DNA of 64,000 bases. Origin: Rhina ancylostomus (lineage: Eukaryota). Position numbers and translations under genes: made by a program. The notes under the pieces are model-generated. The model saw only the letters and a list, made by a program, of their open reading frames with translations, searched no databases and had not been told where the DNA came from. Each line of letters begins with the position of its first letter. The stretch's first letter is position 1. The stretch spans positions 20,645,446-20,709,445 of the forward strand of contig JARFYF010000050.1 of NCBI GenBank assembly GCA_030265395.1, read 5' to 3'. Positions 25,596 to 41,078 of the stretch are shown here, piece after piece.

Positions 25596-27863
25596 CTAGA
25601 ACAGAAAGTACGGTGCAAAATTGAACAGATTTGTAAAGAATAGCTCAAATTTACACTGACTTGATGAACAATCTGGATCTTGTAGCAACTAAGTTTCAGG
25701 TCAACCTACAAAAAGTGTGCCTTTCTTGCAGTTCCTTGTCCATATAGTTAAGAAACTAGCAGGTCAGCACAAGAAATATTTCTGGAATGCTCAAATCCTT
25801 TGTGAAGTTAATGATAACATCACACAAATGACTTTTTGGCCACTATTTACATGCAGTAATCTTCGCACAAAAACTGCCGACAGATGTTAAACAAACTGTT
25901 GCAACATCCGCGGTGAGAAAGCAAAAGGTACTTGTGTAAACTCTGGTTCATCTGATTTAACATCAGATTGTGACAGAGGCCAGACATTTTTTAAATGAAT
26001 GCTCAAGTGCCACAGTCAATTCCTTTACCTTTGTTAAATCAATTCTGCACAAATGTATTTTCCAATTTTCAGTTTATACAGGACTTCATACAGCATGCTG
26101 ACAGCTTAAGGACAGTCAATAATCTCAAAAGAACTGCACTTAGGAGTCAGGATGTCCCCAAAAGCACTTTACAGAAATAATTTTGCAAGCAGTAACATGG
26201 GAAAAGCAGCCACCAATTTATGCACTAAGTTTCCACAAACTCATCTTGTATTTTCCATAAAGCCCTGGAGTAACATTCTAACCCACAAACAAGCAGGAGC
26301 TAGGGTTTTGCAAGATCATACCATGCAAATCTTGTTTCAAGCATTCAAATCCAGTCACTTAACTGATACCATTAAATGGTTTCACATACTATTGGAGCAT
26401 CTTTATTCTGCCTGGTGCAATGGCCATGTGAGAATTGGGAGAAGTCAGTCCATGGGCTCGAGCTGTATATCCATCAAGATGCTTTCTTTCAGGTTGAATG
26501 TTTTTAAAATGGTAGTTATTAGCTTTTTAGACAAGTACAGATCTGGAGTTCAAGCCATGGTTTGACAATGTGAAGGCTGCAATGGTTGTTGTGGTTCACC
26601 AGCAGGGGAGAAATCCCTTATGGCAAGGGTTTTTCTACAGATGTATTGTAATCTAATGTTAAAACCTATACAACTGAAAGGTTTCATGAATTTTGTCCAA
26701 TATCTAATTTGCATCCTATCCAAATGAAGCTGCCGGTTGTACATTCTGCTATGCATTTCACCCAATACTGCACTTAAAGTAACAAAACAGTTTTGTCTTG
26801 CCCCAGGGGAGAAGGAAGCCCCCCAAAAAAAGGTCAAAATATTGATTTGATACTTTATGACTGGATTCACAATGTCTTAATCCTTGCCAAATGCTTCAGT
26901 GGTTCAAGTTCTCCCCAGAAAGGAATGGAGCCACAACTTTCAGGGGCTGCTGTCTTTGCAAGTACAATTTTAGAATTATGGTCCTCAGGATTAACTCCAA
27001 TTGTGTTTCTTTGTACAAAGATATATTGCTTTACGGGGCAGGGGAGTAGTTCTTAAATCTGCGAAAATTCAATGCAACCAATACATTGATGGAATCTATA
27101 CGGTCATCTAGTTTCAGAATACTACCACTGCACAAACTCAGTTATGTGCATTACCAAACTATTCCAGTGATTCATTCAACTGGTGACCAGTGATTACTGA
27201 CATGCTGCAGTTGTGACAAAGCAGGGAATGTGTTGTCACCACCCATGGTATTGCCATGTGATCCTGTTACATACTTTCCTAACTTGGGGGGGAAACTCTT
27301 GAAGCAACACTACCTTCAGTTACACAAGTGAAATATTCTTTATTAGCAAGGGATAGCATCCCATTTGAGAAAAATTAAACAATAAAACACATTACAACAG
27401 TAACCTTTGGAGACTTTATTGAACATCAAAAGTACTGACATGTAATAGATTAAGCAAATGTTGCCATTTCAGAATTACAAATGCAAGTTTCTGAACTAGA
27501 ACATTCAAAATAGTTATGTACTTCAACTCTGTAACAAAATTTCCTTTGAGGCTTAACCAAATTTTTGCATTGTGAGCAAGATGGCTGACTTGTATTAGTT
27601 ACAAGGATACAAGGCTTACTGTGAATAAATTTAAACATTGTTTGATAATCTGCATTAGTTCATAACTCAAAGCTGTGATTTATAAATGACTATACTGTAA
27701 ATGCTTTCTATTATATTAGATTCTATTGCAACATCTATTACAGAATCTTTAACAGCATCTCCCTACTGAGGATAAGCTTCATGGGTTTTTTTGGCTTGAT
27801 GTCTGGTAAAATTCAAGCCCTCAACCACTCAGATAATTCATGTTTAAGACTCCCAAATCGGTT

Positions 27864-27876
27864 CTACTCTTCTGCT
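27864..27876 (-). CDS. MXRA7: MXRA7 alternative short terminal exon ((R)AEE*)
   Basis: Strong acceptor tttcttcttcttttacag|A GCA GAA GAG TAG, in the same phase as the distal exon. It parallels the mammalian short isoform ending RTEE (recalled). Minus-strand AATAAA at 27415-27420 and 27339-27344. Confidence 0.75.
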
Positions 27877-30800
27877 CTGTAAAAGAAGAAGAAATTCATT
27901 TGTGGGTGAGTTAAATATATTGATAGAACTGCTAACAAAAGGTTTACAGCAAGGAGTTAATTTTGCACCAAGCAGGTGAACTGTGTCTTCATATACAGAA
28001 AGTGCATGTTTGCAAGTAGAGGTTTATTACCTCCTTTCTGCTCTATATTTAAAAACACTAACTCCTAAAGCACCTGGTTCCAGAAACAGCCACATTCTGT
28101 TACCCAATGCAGTGTCTGAAGTTTGTGCATGTGTGGACAGCAAATCTTACCATTACATCAGTTCAAATGCTTTTTCTCTCCCTAAACAGTAGGTGTTTAG
28201 AAGGTTTTAGTTCTAGGACTCAATCTATTTTGAATGTGGTCATGACTAAGTATGGAGAGCAGACTGTCCAGAGCGTTAAGTGCAAAGTCCACACATGCTT
28301 GACAAAAATTTCACTGTAAATGGGCAACAAAACCTGCCAGATTGAGTGCTGCGCTGCAGACACCTTGGTTGCAATTTTATACCAAACATAACTTATACAA
28401 GAAACATGCTCAAGTAGTTTTGGGCCCAGTTTCTAAGCAGAAAAGGCACAAACCGGATATTTTAAAGTAAAATTTACTGACGCTGAGAATCTCAAATTGA
28501 AGCTATGCAGAAAGTGCTTAGGTCAGGTAGCAGGTGGGAAAAAACTCATTTCAGGTTGATGTCATTTCAGAATGGAACTGAAACAGTCAATTTCTTCAGA
28601 ACTCAACTGTTCCTTGACACAGATGCTCTAAGTATTTCAAGCATTCATTTATTACAATCCAGCTGTTTCCCAGTTAACAAAATGCAGTAACTGCAGAACT
28701 GGCAAAACAAATTTCTTAAGATACTCAGGTTTGTTTTACTGTATATGCTCTAAAGCAGCAGTTCTTGTATTTCCTTATGCAAATATCTAGCAATGGAAAT
28801 TTTTTTTAAACACATGATCTTATAACTAAAGGGCTTTGAACAATGCCATACTCACTTTGTAATATGGAAACGAACTAATTTTAGGCCAGCAATTCACTCA
28901 GTCTGGGTGAGCTGTATATCCAAACCCAGACCAAAGGCCTGATACTACAGCAACATTGTTTTCAAAATTTTAGTAGAACTTGTGAATTTTCCCCAGTATC
29001 CTGTATCAAGCAGTTCTATTCGAAAGGCCCTCTGTAGTTCAATATTCCTCAAATTGAAATAATTGTACTTTTGGGTTTGAAACTTCAGTCATCTTAAATC
29101 CCAAATGTAGAGAAGAGAACATTGTTATTGGAATCCTGAGTGCCATGCAGTTGACAAGTGAAAGCCTCTACAAAAATGTTCAAGTAGACATTTTAATAAC
29201 TTTGCCCAACACCATGCACAGTACATAACCACATCTGCAACAGAATGCTGATTGACAATAGTTTATGTACTCATTGCTTGCACCAAGGTTTAATACATGG
29301 AGATTTTTGAAATGTTGGTCTGGCTTTCAAGTGCCCAATGCTGNNNNNNNNNNACAGGCAGACCACTGCCAGTGCTTTATTGAAGTTTTGGTGGGGGGAA
29401 CATGGGCCAAATTACACTTGCTATGACCAGTTTTCCTACTAGCTCTACCAAGTCTGCACAAGTCCCCAACCTAGCAAATCACACATCTGATCACTGAAGT
29501 GTGGAAAAGCCCAACCTTGAGAGTCCTGGATGATGGTAATGGGGGTGAAAATGAAAGATCTATCCAATGAAGATTTCCCAGGGTTGGGTACAGTTCAGCA
29601 AGCTTTGAAAACAAACCAACCACACGTATCAGCCTCCAATATTTAACACCAATTGGGTTTGTCCCAGGCGAATGCAGACAACTATTAAGCTGCAGTCTTA
29701 AGTCCATGCTTTGCACTAGTAACATGACAAAATTTTAAGTGAGAAACAAAAAAATATGAAATGCATCAACAGATCAGTACTGGCTATTCAAGGTGCTGTC
29801 TCAGCCTGAGAATACTCCAAATAACATTTGCCAAGTATTAAATGCAGCCATCTTGCAATTTGGGGAATTAAAAAGGTGGAGAGACTGGATAAATGGGAAC
29901 CATAAATTACAAGTAACCCAGAGTGTGGGAACCATATCACGAAAACTTCTGGTGCTGCCAATGTGCAGATGTTGATCATGGAAGGTTGGATAAAGTCACC
30001 TACCCAATAACACCAGCCATATGTCACATTACCATGAGCTACAACAAATGACTACTTGATCTGTACCTGCACTTTAATCTACAACCATGAGATGGAGAAT
30101 GGTAAATGTATTTCCCCATTCACTCCAGCATAAGGTTTTACTCAACTTGCATCTCACGCAACTCAATCCGACACCCTAAGGTCATGACATTAAAACTAGG
30201 AGTGCCTTACAAGCCAAAAACCCTAGCCTCAACTTTGTGTTCAAAGGCTGCAAGGGTGCACACTAGGCCTTGTCCAACATCTGGGTACTAAACATTTAAG
30301 ATCAACACTCTGCATGCTCTAGTGAAACTGCAGATTTTAACAAGGCAGCAGGCTTGGTTTAAACAGATTCACTCAAATTTCAAAGCATCATGTTCTGTAT
30401 CAAGTGTTTGTGCCAAAAATACTTAGCCTGAGCTTAAGGTGCAAATACAATTACATTTCTGAGTTGTCTTGGAGATGCCCAAGCTATCCTACACAAGTAG
30501 AATGGCAAGACTAGGAAAGGGATCCAACTATGTCAAACACAGCCATATTGATTAATTGATATAGCAATCATATTGCTTTGAGGACACAAATGGGAAAAGT
30601 TTGCCATCTGTCAGAATTTGAAGCAACAGCAACCAAATTCAAACATGCATTCTCAGGAATGAAGTAATCCTTCCAATCACATTTAACTCCACTGGAAATG
30701 TTTCTAAATGCACCAATAGCTATTCTCAGCTCTTGCCTATCTGGTAGCACCTCCCAACTATTGGCAGATGCTATTTGTTAGAGTTCATTTAGAATTATCA

Positions 30801-33059
30801 AACCCTTCATGACCTTCAGGTGGCAAGTCAGCTACAACCACTGCAGCCCTTCACATGAACGTACTCCCAACATTGTTGGGTAGTGAATTCCAAGGTTAAG
30901 ACAAAGTAAATTTAGAATATGCCACTTGCAGATGAACATCCAATGCACCAACTGCAATCACCCTCCACTTTGAGGCTGCAGGTTTGGCAGATAGTGTTCG
31001 AACAACCACAATGCATCTTACAGCTGAAATCTTGCAGCCACAATGAATGTTTAATGCAGTAGAGGGGATGTCTACCAAAGCAGACTGGTTTTCCTGGATA
31101 ATATACTGGTGGATCTGATCAGGCCAATTGAAGAATTGGAGACTTACAGTATTCTGCATGGACTCTTGGTTAATCAGGTAGAGCGCTACAATTTCAAAAT
31201 TCAACTAGTTCAAGCAGAAAATACACTGGGTACAAGAAAAACCAGGACTTACCAGAGATACTTTGCATCCTAGTGTATGTAGCATCATGCTGGGAAAAAG
31301 TGCAGAGAAAGGTAGAGACATGCACGAGGATGTTGGCAGAGTGAAATAGGAGGAGAAAATAGCAATATGGAGCATGATCTTCAAGTCATGTGTCCTAGTC
31401 AAGTGGCAGTTAGTAGAAACTCATATCGAAATTAGTCAAGCTTTAAATGGGAAACACCAATACATTTCAAGCTTCAAGAGTGATAAAAGTCAATAGCTTC
31501 AGTGACTACACTTCATTAGTTCAGTTGTCAGTGCTTTGATTAAAACTGAGTAGTTTCACTTTTCAGTTTCTCACTTAGATTTCAGAACTCACCAGGAAAC
31601 ATACAAGTCCAGAAAGGTTTCTGCAAGGATTGCTCTTCAGGAGGTCAACGCAGATTGCTTCCAAAAAACCATCCCTAATCCCACCATTTTAAGATGCATT
31701 CCTCATGGACAAGCCTTCAGTAAGCAGTCTTAAAAGCTGGTGTCAGGGAAGCAATGAGGTTTAGCCAGTCAATTACCTCAAATTTCTGTAATCTCTATCT
31801 CCAAAAGGAAAACAGGACTGCTAAAGCTAATCAGATTTGCTGTTTTCTGCTGAGGGAATTAGGTCACCCATGGGGAAAAATAAACAGCACTTCATTTTTG
31901 CTCGAAGTTACTCAGCTACAGTAAATGAACAGCTTCAGTGCCTGCTGGTACAATGTTACCAAGACACATTTATGTACTGTGCTCATTTGTTATTCAGGCT
32001 GGGCTGTTCCAGGAATTAGTGATAAAATATGGGATTGTGTAACTGGACCAATTGCTTTAATACCCATATTTAAGACCCCAGCTGCAGTTAAATTTTCTCA
32101 GTACAGTTTGGGCTACAACATCAGGCTGTCCTCAAATCAGGGAAGCTACTTTTTCAGATATGGCTGAATCAATCTTTTACACTGGTCCTTAAATTTCCTA
32201 CTCTCCTTAAGCATTACTGAATAGATTTCACATTTCTTGTATACCAACTCTCAGACAACTATATGATCACATCTTTCCCTTTTAGAAGTTAAGCATTGCG
32301 GAGTTTCCAGGTGTTTGTTTATGACAAAACTTCAAGTCCTTGTGTCCACAACTCATTTCTCCCTTCTTTCACCTCCCCCCACCCGACAGGACTCTAAAAT
32401 TGGGCAGTTATAGTTTTTTTTACTAAAGTACTTCCCTAATTAAACACCCTCTGGAACCTCAATGTCAATCATGCTGCCAGCAAAATTATGCAAATTGAAC
32501 AGACATTGCCTTTGTAAGAAATTGATGCAGCTGCAGTCAGATTTTTGAACCATGAACATGTATCAAATTCCATGTATTCAACTTCATGCCTTATTTTCAT
32601 AAAGGATGTCAGTAGAATCAATGAAACCTTTTGCCATTAAGCACGATTTCTGACTTAAAATTCTGCTTTTTCCCCCTTCCCATCTTGTGGCTTTAATGCA
32701 AATAATACATGTCCCAAAGTATGTGGTTCTTAACTGCAGATTAGCTGTTGGCGGATTGAGTTCGATACTCAAATTCAAAAGATAAACCCAGGCACAACAG
32801 CAATTTATACAACAAAGCAAGATTTCACTTTAGTCTTTCAACACAAGGTTTTAACCAGTTCCCAGACACATTACAACAATCCAGCAACACTTGCATGTGT
32901 GTTAAATTAGGCAAATTTCAAGGGATCTGTAACCTGTATGGAATCAAGTTACCAACAACCATTGAGGGCAGAAGGGGATTAAAACCCCCAAGATAAATCA
33001 GTATTATAGAGCAGATTATTAGTTTGCAGAAGGGAAACATTTGGAGCGCAAGTCAACAA

Positions 33060-33330
33060 TAGAAGCTGGTACAGATGCTGCCTCACAGCTCCAGCAGTCC
33101 TGGCTGAATACCAATCCTCAGAGTTGGCACATTCACCACAACTGCACAGGTTTGCTCCAGGTACTTCAGTTTCCTTCCCATATCCCAAAAATTTGGGAGA
33201 TTATAAGATAGGTTTTCTTAAAATGGATCCCATGTAGGTGAGTGGTAGAATCTGGGAGTAGTTGTAAATGAGGATTTTAAAATAGGATTAGTTTAAATGA
33301 ATGCTTGTTATTAGGGATTGGTGGACCAAG
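33060..33330 (+). mobile_element. SINE (tRNA-derived, V-SINE-like)
   Basis: gctgcctcacagctccagc...ggtttgctccaggtacttcagtttccttcccatatcccaaa. Confidence 0.55.
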
Positions 33331-36300
33331 CTACTACATTGACCTGGGAGAAGAGACATCATCCTTGCAAGTCAATTCAACTACAAGTATTTATAACTTG
33401 ATATGAGAACTGAATAAACATTCAAAATGGAACTCAATTATTACGTGAACCACCCAAAAACTGGCTTGGAAATTTTGCATAGCCAGTCCACCATTGTTAT
33501 TGACAATGAGGGGGTAGGTGGGAAGGGAAAGGGAGAGAATTTACAGGACTTGCTCAAGATGCAGTAGAGAAAAAAAAAATCAACCAAATTGAACAATGCT
33601 AGTCATACCATGCCTTTGTTCAAGAGACAACTTGACACTTCTACCACCTCTGCAAAACTCAATGTCCCTGCTTTTTCTTAAAGCACATCCCACCTTCAAC
33701 AGCATGAAAATCAGGATAGGCTTAATGCCTACAACTGTAGAAGAATCTCTAAAATCTGTTGCATTAGCTCAAAATGGTTTGCTGTAACACTGACTAAACA
33801 GGGAAGGTCAACTACTCTACCACGATTTTCTGCTATGTTGTCTAATTGTATACTATGCTAACTCTACTCAACATCCTTAATTTCACTCATCCATCATTAC
33901 ATTTAACCTAAGTGTTTGAAGACTAGCATCTTGTGAAGTCATCTATAGTGCTGTAAATTCTCAGGTCAGGAAGCATCTGGGGAAGGATAAGCAGACAAGT
34001 TTTCATGTCACCCTTTAGAAATGGAGAATGAATTCAGGGGTAAGGGCAGGGTCAAGGTGGTGGCAAAGGACAAAGTTAATACCTTTGATAGGGTGAAGCC
34101 AGCATGTCAAATTATAGATGTTTGCAAAATAGATTAATGAGGGTAGTTAAAGAGGCAGAACAAAGAATGCTGGAATTGCAGAGATTAGATAGTACCTGTG
34201 CAAAAGCAGTTAATATTCCACAAAAATGTGTAGAACTAGCCAGTTCTGACACAGGAAAAACTTATGACTAAAATTTAATTCAATATCTGGTCCCAGAAAA
34301 GGCAGTTCTGCTCCAGTTCCATTACCTAATTTGCTCTAATGAAAATTCCTCAATGCCAAAAACCACAAGTTCTCATTAGAGAGGCCAAAGTGCTGATAGG
34401 ACACTTACCACCCCTGATGTGCCAAGGGCCATTTACAATTAAGATGAAACAGGATATCTTGAATTTTACCTTTGAAAATAATGCACATAGGGAAGAAAAC
34501 TACAAAAAAACCAAAACAAATTTGAGTTAAAAAAGTCAAGTTGAGTCAGCATATAGTTACATAATGTTGAAGTCACTGCTTCAGGTTTGCTGCACAATCT
34601 CCATACATACCCAAGCAACTGGAGTAAGGAAATTCAAATCTTTAAGTAACTTGAAAGCCACTTTGGTTTTTATACAAACCTATAATTGATATTAACCTCT
34701 AAACTTCAGCTTCAAATAACCACACAATGCCCAGAATTCAAAAGGCAGAGCTAAACTGCTTTAAAACAGACATCAAGATTTTAAAGGCTTGGTTTAACTA
34801 AACAATGTTTCCCAACTTTAAACAATGTATTCTTTGTGCAATTCACTTTTTAATACATTGTAGTATTCTAGTATGTTGCACAGAACAAAAATCAAAGCTC
34901 TGCCTAGTTACTAATGGAGGGACTTATTTAAGCAGGCAATTATTTCCAGGTACAACCCTTAATTGTACAATGTTTCAGATAATTTTTTATATTAAAAATT
35001 AGATTTCTAAGTTTCCACATTTATATTGATTATTAACTGCCCTCTGATCCTTCAGTGGAATATCAATTCCCTCCAAGCAGTATGTAATCAATGTGCCCTC
35101 AAGTGAGAACCTTACTCAGCCAAGAAGCTCCTGCAGCAACTATTCACAATACTGAGTACCAAAACTACTCAATACTGAGTACTGAATTACAGGCAGCCAG
35201 CTTCATAGCAAACTGGGGGAAGACTCCAGGAGAGAATCACAACTGCATCATTCCACTACTAAAATACTGCTCATGTCATCTTGTGCTCAGTGATCGGACT
35301 TCTATGGCATGAAAACTGGAGACAAATGGCTAGGAAAACAAGATCAAGAGCAGAGAACAAACCTGTTGGGTTAGAGAAATTGAGAAATAAATGAACAGTT
35401 GTGCACCAGTTTTGGTAGCCCATCCCAAATGGGAAGTTCACCCCTTATAAAAACTTCTCCCATTACTTTGGCCTCCACAATGCATTCACTACTCCCTATC
35501 CAGCTAGGGAAGCTCCACATGTTCTTGATGTACACTAAGTGACAGTGTGTCCTATCTGGTGCCAGATTATGTATTGATAGGTGCACATGGCTGGATAGCA
35601 CAAATCTGGATCTGCCAGGTTCAGCAGTAGTAACATGCTATTAGTGACAATGTCACAATATCTTAGTAGAAATAGTACAGACTGAATCACTGAAACAGTT
35701 ATCCCTATGATTTAGGGCTGAAATATTTTCAACAGGCCTTAATGCAGTGAGTTTGCATGTGTACATCCAAACTTGCCTCTTCTTGAAGTCGGAGCCATGT
35801 TTAAACCCAAGCTACTCAATACTGCAAGTTAACATTGGATACAAAGTGCAGGCTGCATCCTGGAGAAGCTTCATTTAAATATCCCATTTTCTCCTGCACA
35901 GATCATCAATTAATTGGATTTTAAAATCAAAAGCATAAGTGTTAGATGGTATCCTGCTTAGCTTCCATTGTGCCAAGGAGCTCAGATCCAAGGTTCAGAG
36001 CCAACCTCAAGCATGTTGCTTGAACAGTGTGCAACACTGATACATGTTTCATGCAAGATCATTACAACTTATGACAAAGCAGCAGTGGCTCCTAGATAAT
36101 TGCTCTAGCACAAGATGCATTTCATGGAAACAAGCCAAGTGGATAGGAAATAATGCTTGGTTCCTTCCTGTTTAGTTCCCAATTAAATTTCAGACTAATC
36201 TACTCAATCTTTCCTGATGTGTAGCCCCCTTGGGAAGGTTACTGGATGTTTGCAAAAAAGCTATTGCAGAATCCAAACGTATAGTTGTAGACCATTTCGT

Positions 36301-36384
36301 GAAGGGTAGGATCACTGAAAATGTTAATTTGCTTTGTAACTACTGGAAGCTCAGATGAATTGCACACAAGTTGATGAATGCATT

Positions 36385-36820
36385 AACCATAAAACAATAC
36401 AACACACAGGCCCTTCGGCCCACCATGTTGTGCCACCCATCAAACCACACCTCACACCATCTAACCCCTTCCTCCCGCATATCCCTCTATCCCACACTCC
36501 TCCATATGCCTATCCAACAACCTCTTGAACCNNNNNNNNNNNNNNNNNNNNNNNNNNNNNNNNNNNNNNNNNNNNNNNNNNNNNNNNNNNNNNNNNNNNN
36601 NNNNNNNNNNNNNNNNNNNNNNNNNNNNNNNGTAAATCTCCTCTGCACCCTCTCTAATGCCTCCACGTCCTTCCTATAATGCAGTGACCAGAACTGAACA
36701 CAGTACTCCAAGTGTGGTCTAACCAGAGTCTTGTACAACAGCATCACCACCTCGTGGCTCTTAAACTCAATCCCACGACTTATGAAAACTAGCATCCCAT
36801 AGGCCTTCTTAATTGCCCTT
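36385..36820 (-). mobile_element. CR1 LINE 3' fragment spanning a 100-N gap
   Basis: ORF 36487-36795 (-): LYKTLVRPHLEYCVQFWSLHYRKDVEALERVQRRF, the canonical CR1 RT C-terminal region. Confidence 0.85.
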
Positions 36821-37689
36821 TAAATCTTTAGTCACACTGCTTCAGCAAAAACAAACAATTCAATACAAGGCATTACTATATCATTTCATACTTCCTCTGC
36901 TTATGGAACATCAAAAAATGTTTGTTGTATTCAATGAAGCTGAATTTTGATAAACACTGCTGCTCTTGACACTGCTTGTACTCTTGAAAGGTAGTTGACT
37001 CAATTTAGCATTATATACAATGAAAGCCAAATACCTTCTTAGCAAACAATGAATTTTATACCATTGGAATGTGGTTCAATTTAATCCACAAACTGAACTT
37101 GACAAGTTGACAATTTCAAACCCAAGTAGCCATGTTACCCACTGGCATTTCAAACAGTTATATTGTTCAAGTGCTAAAGTTAAACCAAAATGTACCACCA
37201 CTCATCTCATTCCTAGCATGTCATCCTGGTTTCCAACTCTTCATAGCCACACCCCTTTCCTCCAGCCTGTCACAAACCTCAGTGCTCCCCCAATTCTAGC
37301 ATTTTGCATATCCAAGTTCCAACACTAGCTACTCTCAACTGCATGACTGAGTAGAACTCCTTCATGATTCTTTAAAATAGCTTGAGATTTGTTCAAATAC
37401 TGCAGCTCAAGTGTTAAATTGTTTGACAATGTTCCCAAGAACCACCTTGGATCATTTTGCACCAAGTATTATAGGTGCTTTAACCTACTAGTTAGTTTGA
37501 CACTGGTTAATGAAGGGAGAGATTAACCTAAAATTCACTTCACTTATACTAGTGTCCTCACTACCAATTTACTAGTTTTAGATGTTTTGCTGTTTCAGTC
37601 TAGTGGCTGAAGTTTGTGAAAATATCTGACTGCAGTAAGCAGACTTGACTTTTGATATCTAAAGGTGTAACCTCATCCCATTAAACAGT

Positions 37690-38145
37690 GTACAGTAAAA
37701 TACAAGTGGAGATTCACCAGGATGTAGCCTGGAATGGATAGGTGCAGTTGCAGGAGGTTGAGTAGGCAGTTTATTCTCACAGGAATGTAGGAGTTTAAGG
37801 GTTGGCCTTGGAGATTAGTAAAAATTACATGGGATGTTGATGGGACAGATGACCAGATTCTTTTCCCTGACCTGTCACCTCCCAGGGGAGAACAAGGGCA
37901 CAAGGTGAGGGGAGAAATCTAAAGGAGATCTGAGAGGCATGTTTTTCTAGAGGCTGGTGATCAAACTGCCAGAGGCAAGAAGTAGATACAATTACATTTA
38001 AAAGGCAGTTTGACAGTAACTTGGATAGGAAAGGCAAAGTGAGATGCAGGCCTAACAGAAATGAGATCAGCATAGATGGGCATACACACACACACACACA
38101 CGAATGAGGTGAGCCAAAAGGACCCATTTCTGCACTGTATGATTC
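37690..38145 (+). mobile_element. CR1 LINE 3' end containing a (CA)n microsatellite
   Basis: gagattcaccaggatgt...acatttaaaaggcagtttgacag...atttctgcactgtatgattcta; CA run at about 38084-38101. Confidence 0.65.
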
Positions 38146-39049
38146 TACATGTGGACAAGGAGTACCTAATCAAATTTCACTCAGATGCAAGATCAGGTGT
38201 ACATACAAAGTGAAACCTGAACATACAATAGCCAATGATCTTCCAATAGTTGATTAATGTTAACAAATACAAAACCAGTAAAAAAATATTGTCACTGGCA
38301 TTTATGGCTGTTAATGGATTTGTAGTGAATGAGAATTAATGTGTGATCTATAAGCAGAATAGAAGTCCCCATGGTGAGTAACAATTCCAAAGTAGCNNNN
38401 NNNNNNNNNNNNNNNNNNNNNNNNNNNNNNNNNNNNNNNNNNNNGTAATATGGACCACACATGTATAATTGTTAAGGTCCTGTTTGGGTTAGACCACAAA
38501 CTAAAGGAATGGTACTTTATTATACATGCTACAGGCTTAACAATTTAGATAACCAAGATTGTACCTGCAGCATACTTCATAGGACAGTAGTGGGAAGAAA
38601 CTACTATTGGGAACAGGACCTAATAGGCCAAGACCCAAGAGGACAAGCTGAGGGCTAAAGTATGAGGTCGAGTACTTGAATGTTAATGACATACCAAGTT
38701 CCAAATCTAAAACTAGTGGAACAAGTATTGTCATCATTTTCCCTGATAGCTCCATGTACATTTTACATGACGTACTTGTGCAGGAGGACTCAAACAGTTC
38801 ACATTATTGCATTGTGCAAGGAACACAAACCTAATGCTGAATCATTTGGAATCACTAAATTTCACCAGGTTACATGCCATACAGAAACAGGCAAAAGTCA
38901 GAGGAACCTTGAATCAGAAATGAAATTTTATTCCAATAAGACAATACATCTAGTGTTAAGCAGGCTGTTGAAATTAGTCAAGGAAAAAAGATCAGAGCAG
39001 CAAGAGCTGTCAATAACTTCCCTAGTAGTAGCTGTCATTTTCTAAAGCA

Positions 39050-40280
39050 GAACTGCAGAGACTGAACAACTGTAGCAAAAGTGAGACTTCCCCAAAAAAA
39101 ATTTAGATGTTAACCTCCAAATTGGGACAAATCTAGAAATTTGCAACTCTGAATAGTTCTCTGCAATATGCCCTAGGACCAAGGGAGCAGGCCTTCAGTC
39201 TTGGCCTCATACAAGTGCAAATAAATGACTTTAATGAAGTGCTTGATAGGAATAAACCCAGTCAAGATTCTAGATACAGGTAAAAGGCCCATGTTAGAGG
39301 CAGACAAGCCATGGTAAATGGAGAAAATTCAGCCATGACCAGCATGATAGAAAGCAGTGTAATCACTCAGTCTGAAATAATGAACTAATTTGTACCATCC
39401 TTTATCTAAACCAGAGTATTAATTGCAATTGAATGGACAAGTTTAAAAACTAGTTCAGATCCTGGTGATTAGGAGAAAAATGTTGAACCACAAGATCTAT
39501 TATTACAAAACAGTGAGGGTAATGTCAGGTTATTAATGAAGGAATGGAGGACATTTGATTACTTCCTTTCAGTTCAAGGGAGATTGTTTGCAATGTTAGC
39601 TATTTCTGAAGTTACTGAACATCAACCAGAGGATAATTTATTGACTTGATAGCAGATTGGCCAAGCACAATACTTAAATTGATGCAACTGATACTGCAAG
39701 CAGCTTTAGAGTGTAACTACATTTGTAAACTTGAATAATGGAATGGAAAGACATCTGTTTTCTATGACAAAGATGAATTGCACTGGAATCAAAGTAGATG
39801 CAAGCACAAAATTAAAGATGGCCACATCTTTATTCTATCAAGTTACCCAATTTGAATATCTACTTTGAACTCAGCAATTTTAGAGGAATGGTGAGAAACT
39901 AGTAGTTAATTGGGAAGTTGTATATAGAATAAAATTGTCACCAAGTTGAAAAACATTAAGATTAATGGGTCAAAGGGAATAATTTGCACTGTGCAGTTAT
40001 TACAGGAATGTAGATTTTTAGGAGAACCAAAGGGTGCAGTGTCCCCTTTGAGACAAATTGAAATTCTTTTAAAACATTTGAAAGAAAGCTTTTCAGAAGC
40101 TAAGCAGAAGGCAGTAGGCAGAAAGCATTTAACACTTGTGTTCTAGTCTTAAGCTTTTACATCCAAAATTGCAAAGATTGCCATTAAGCAAGATGGAGGG
40201 AGGTATCTGGAGGGTGGGTATGTTGGGCAAGGTCAGAATGCTATAACCTTAACTGAACAGACTCAAGGATCAAATGGTCA
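39050..40280 (+). mobile_element. Highly eroded CR1-like LINE
   Basis: Scattered CR1-like stretches (ggatcaaatggtc 3' end; gattggccaagcaca) with many microdeletions. Confidence 0.35.
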
Positions 40281-41078
40281 ACTTTATCTTGAGGAAGGGT
40301 GGTTTCTAGTCAACTGATTTCTGGCATCAGAGACAAAAGGCAGCCATAAAGTCAAAAATGCTGCAATCATCCCTTACACTAAACAGCTCAATTTCTCAAT
40401 GAGTCAAAGTGAGAAAATACTTCCTGAAGTCATGCTCATGCAATTAAAATCAGATCAGGGCTGAGGGAACAGATTGCATTCTAACCTCAATTGTAGATGA
40501 ATGCATGCTTCAGGATTAGGAAGGCATAAAAACTAGAAGTGCAGAGGCAAAACAGTAATTTAAAGAATCATACATTGTGATAACAAAAAAGTTACACTTC
40601 CCAGGAAACAACTTTTGAATCTTTGTTAAAAAGGAGCTTGAGCACTGAATCAGAGAATGAGTTGTGAAAGAGGAAGGCAGAATTAAAGGAAAAATAGGTA
40701 CTGATGAAAATGGGGCAGAGGCACAGTAAATACCACAGCAAGTGGGGTGGGAAACAGCATCACCTGGGATACATGAGTAATCCTAGTTCCCATCAACATC
40801 CATACAATCACAATGGATGGGTCCTTTTGAAACCTGTATTAATGGTCATGTGGCATTAATAGGGTTCAGGTTTAAATACATTCATACCAGTTTTCATTGA
40901 GCCTTCTCCCTGCATTATTCAGTTTTCCTGCTTATTCATGACCAGTTACAGGTTTAAAAAGGTTCTAGTAACAGTTATTTTGCTAGGCAGTCAATAATTC
41001 AAGATTAACACACATGGGGAGTGTTATGATGTGGAAGACTGACATGCATGGGGCATACTGAAAATAGATGAGCCTTAC

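Noticed and set aside
32584-32820. Minus-strand IELNPPTANL as the MXRA7 IELTSDL-type exon
   Set aside because: Weak GAG acceptor, and 41079-41150 matches far better with proper splice sites
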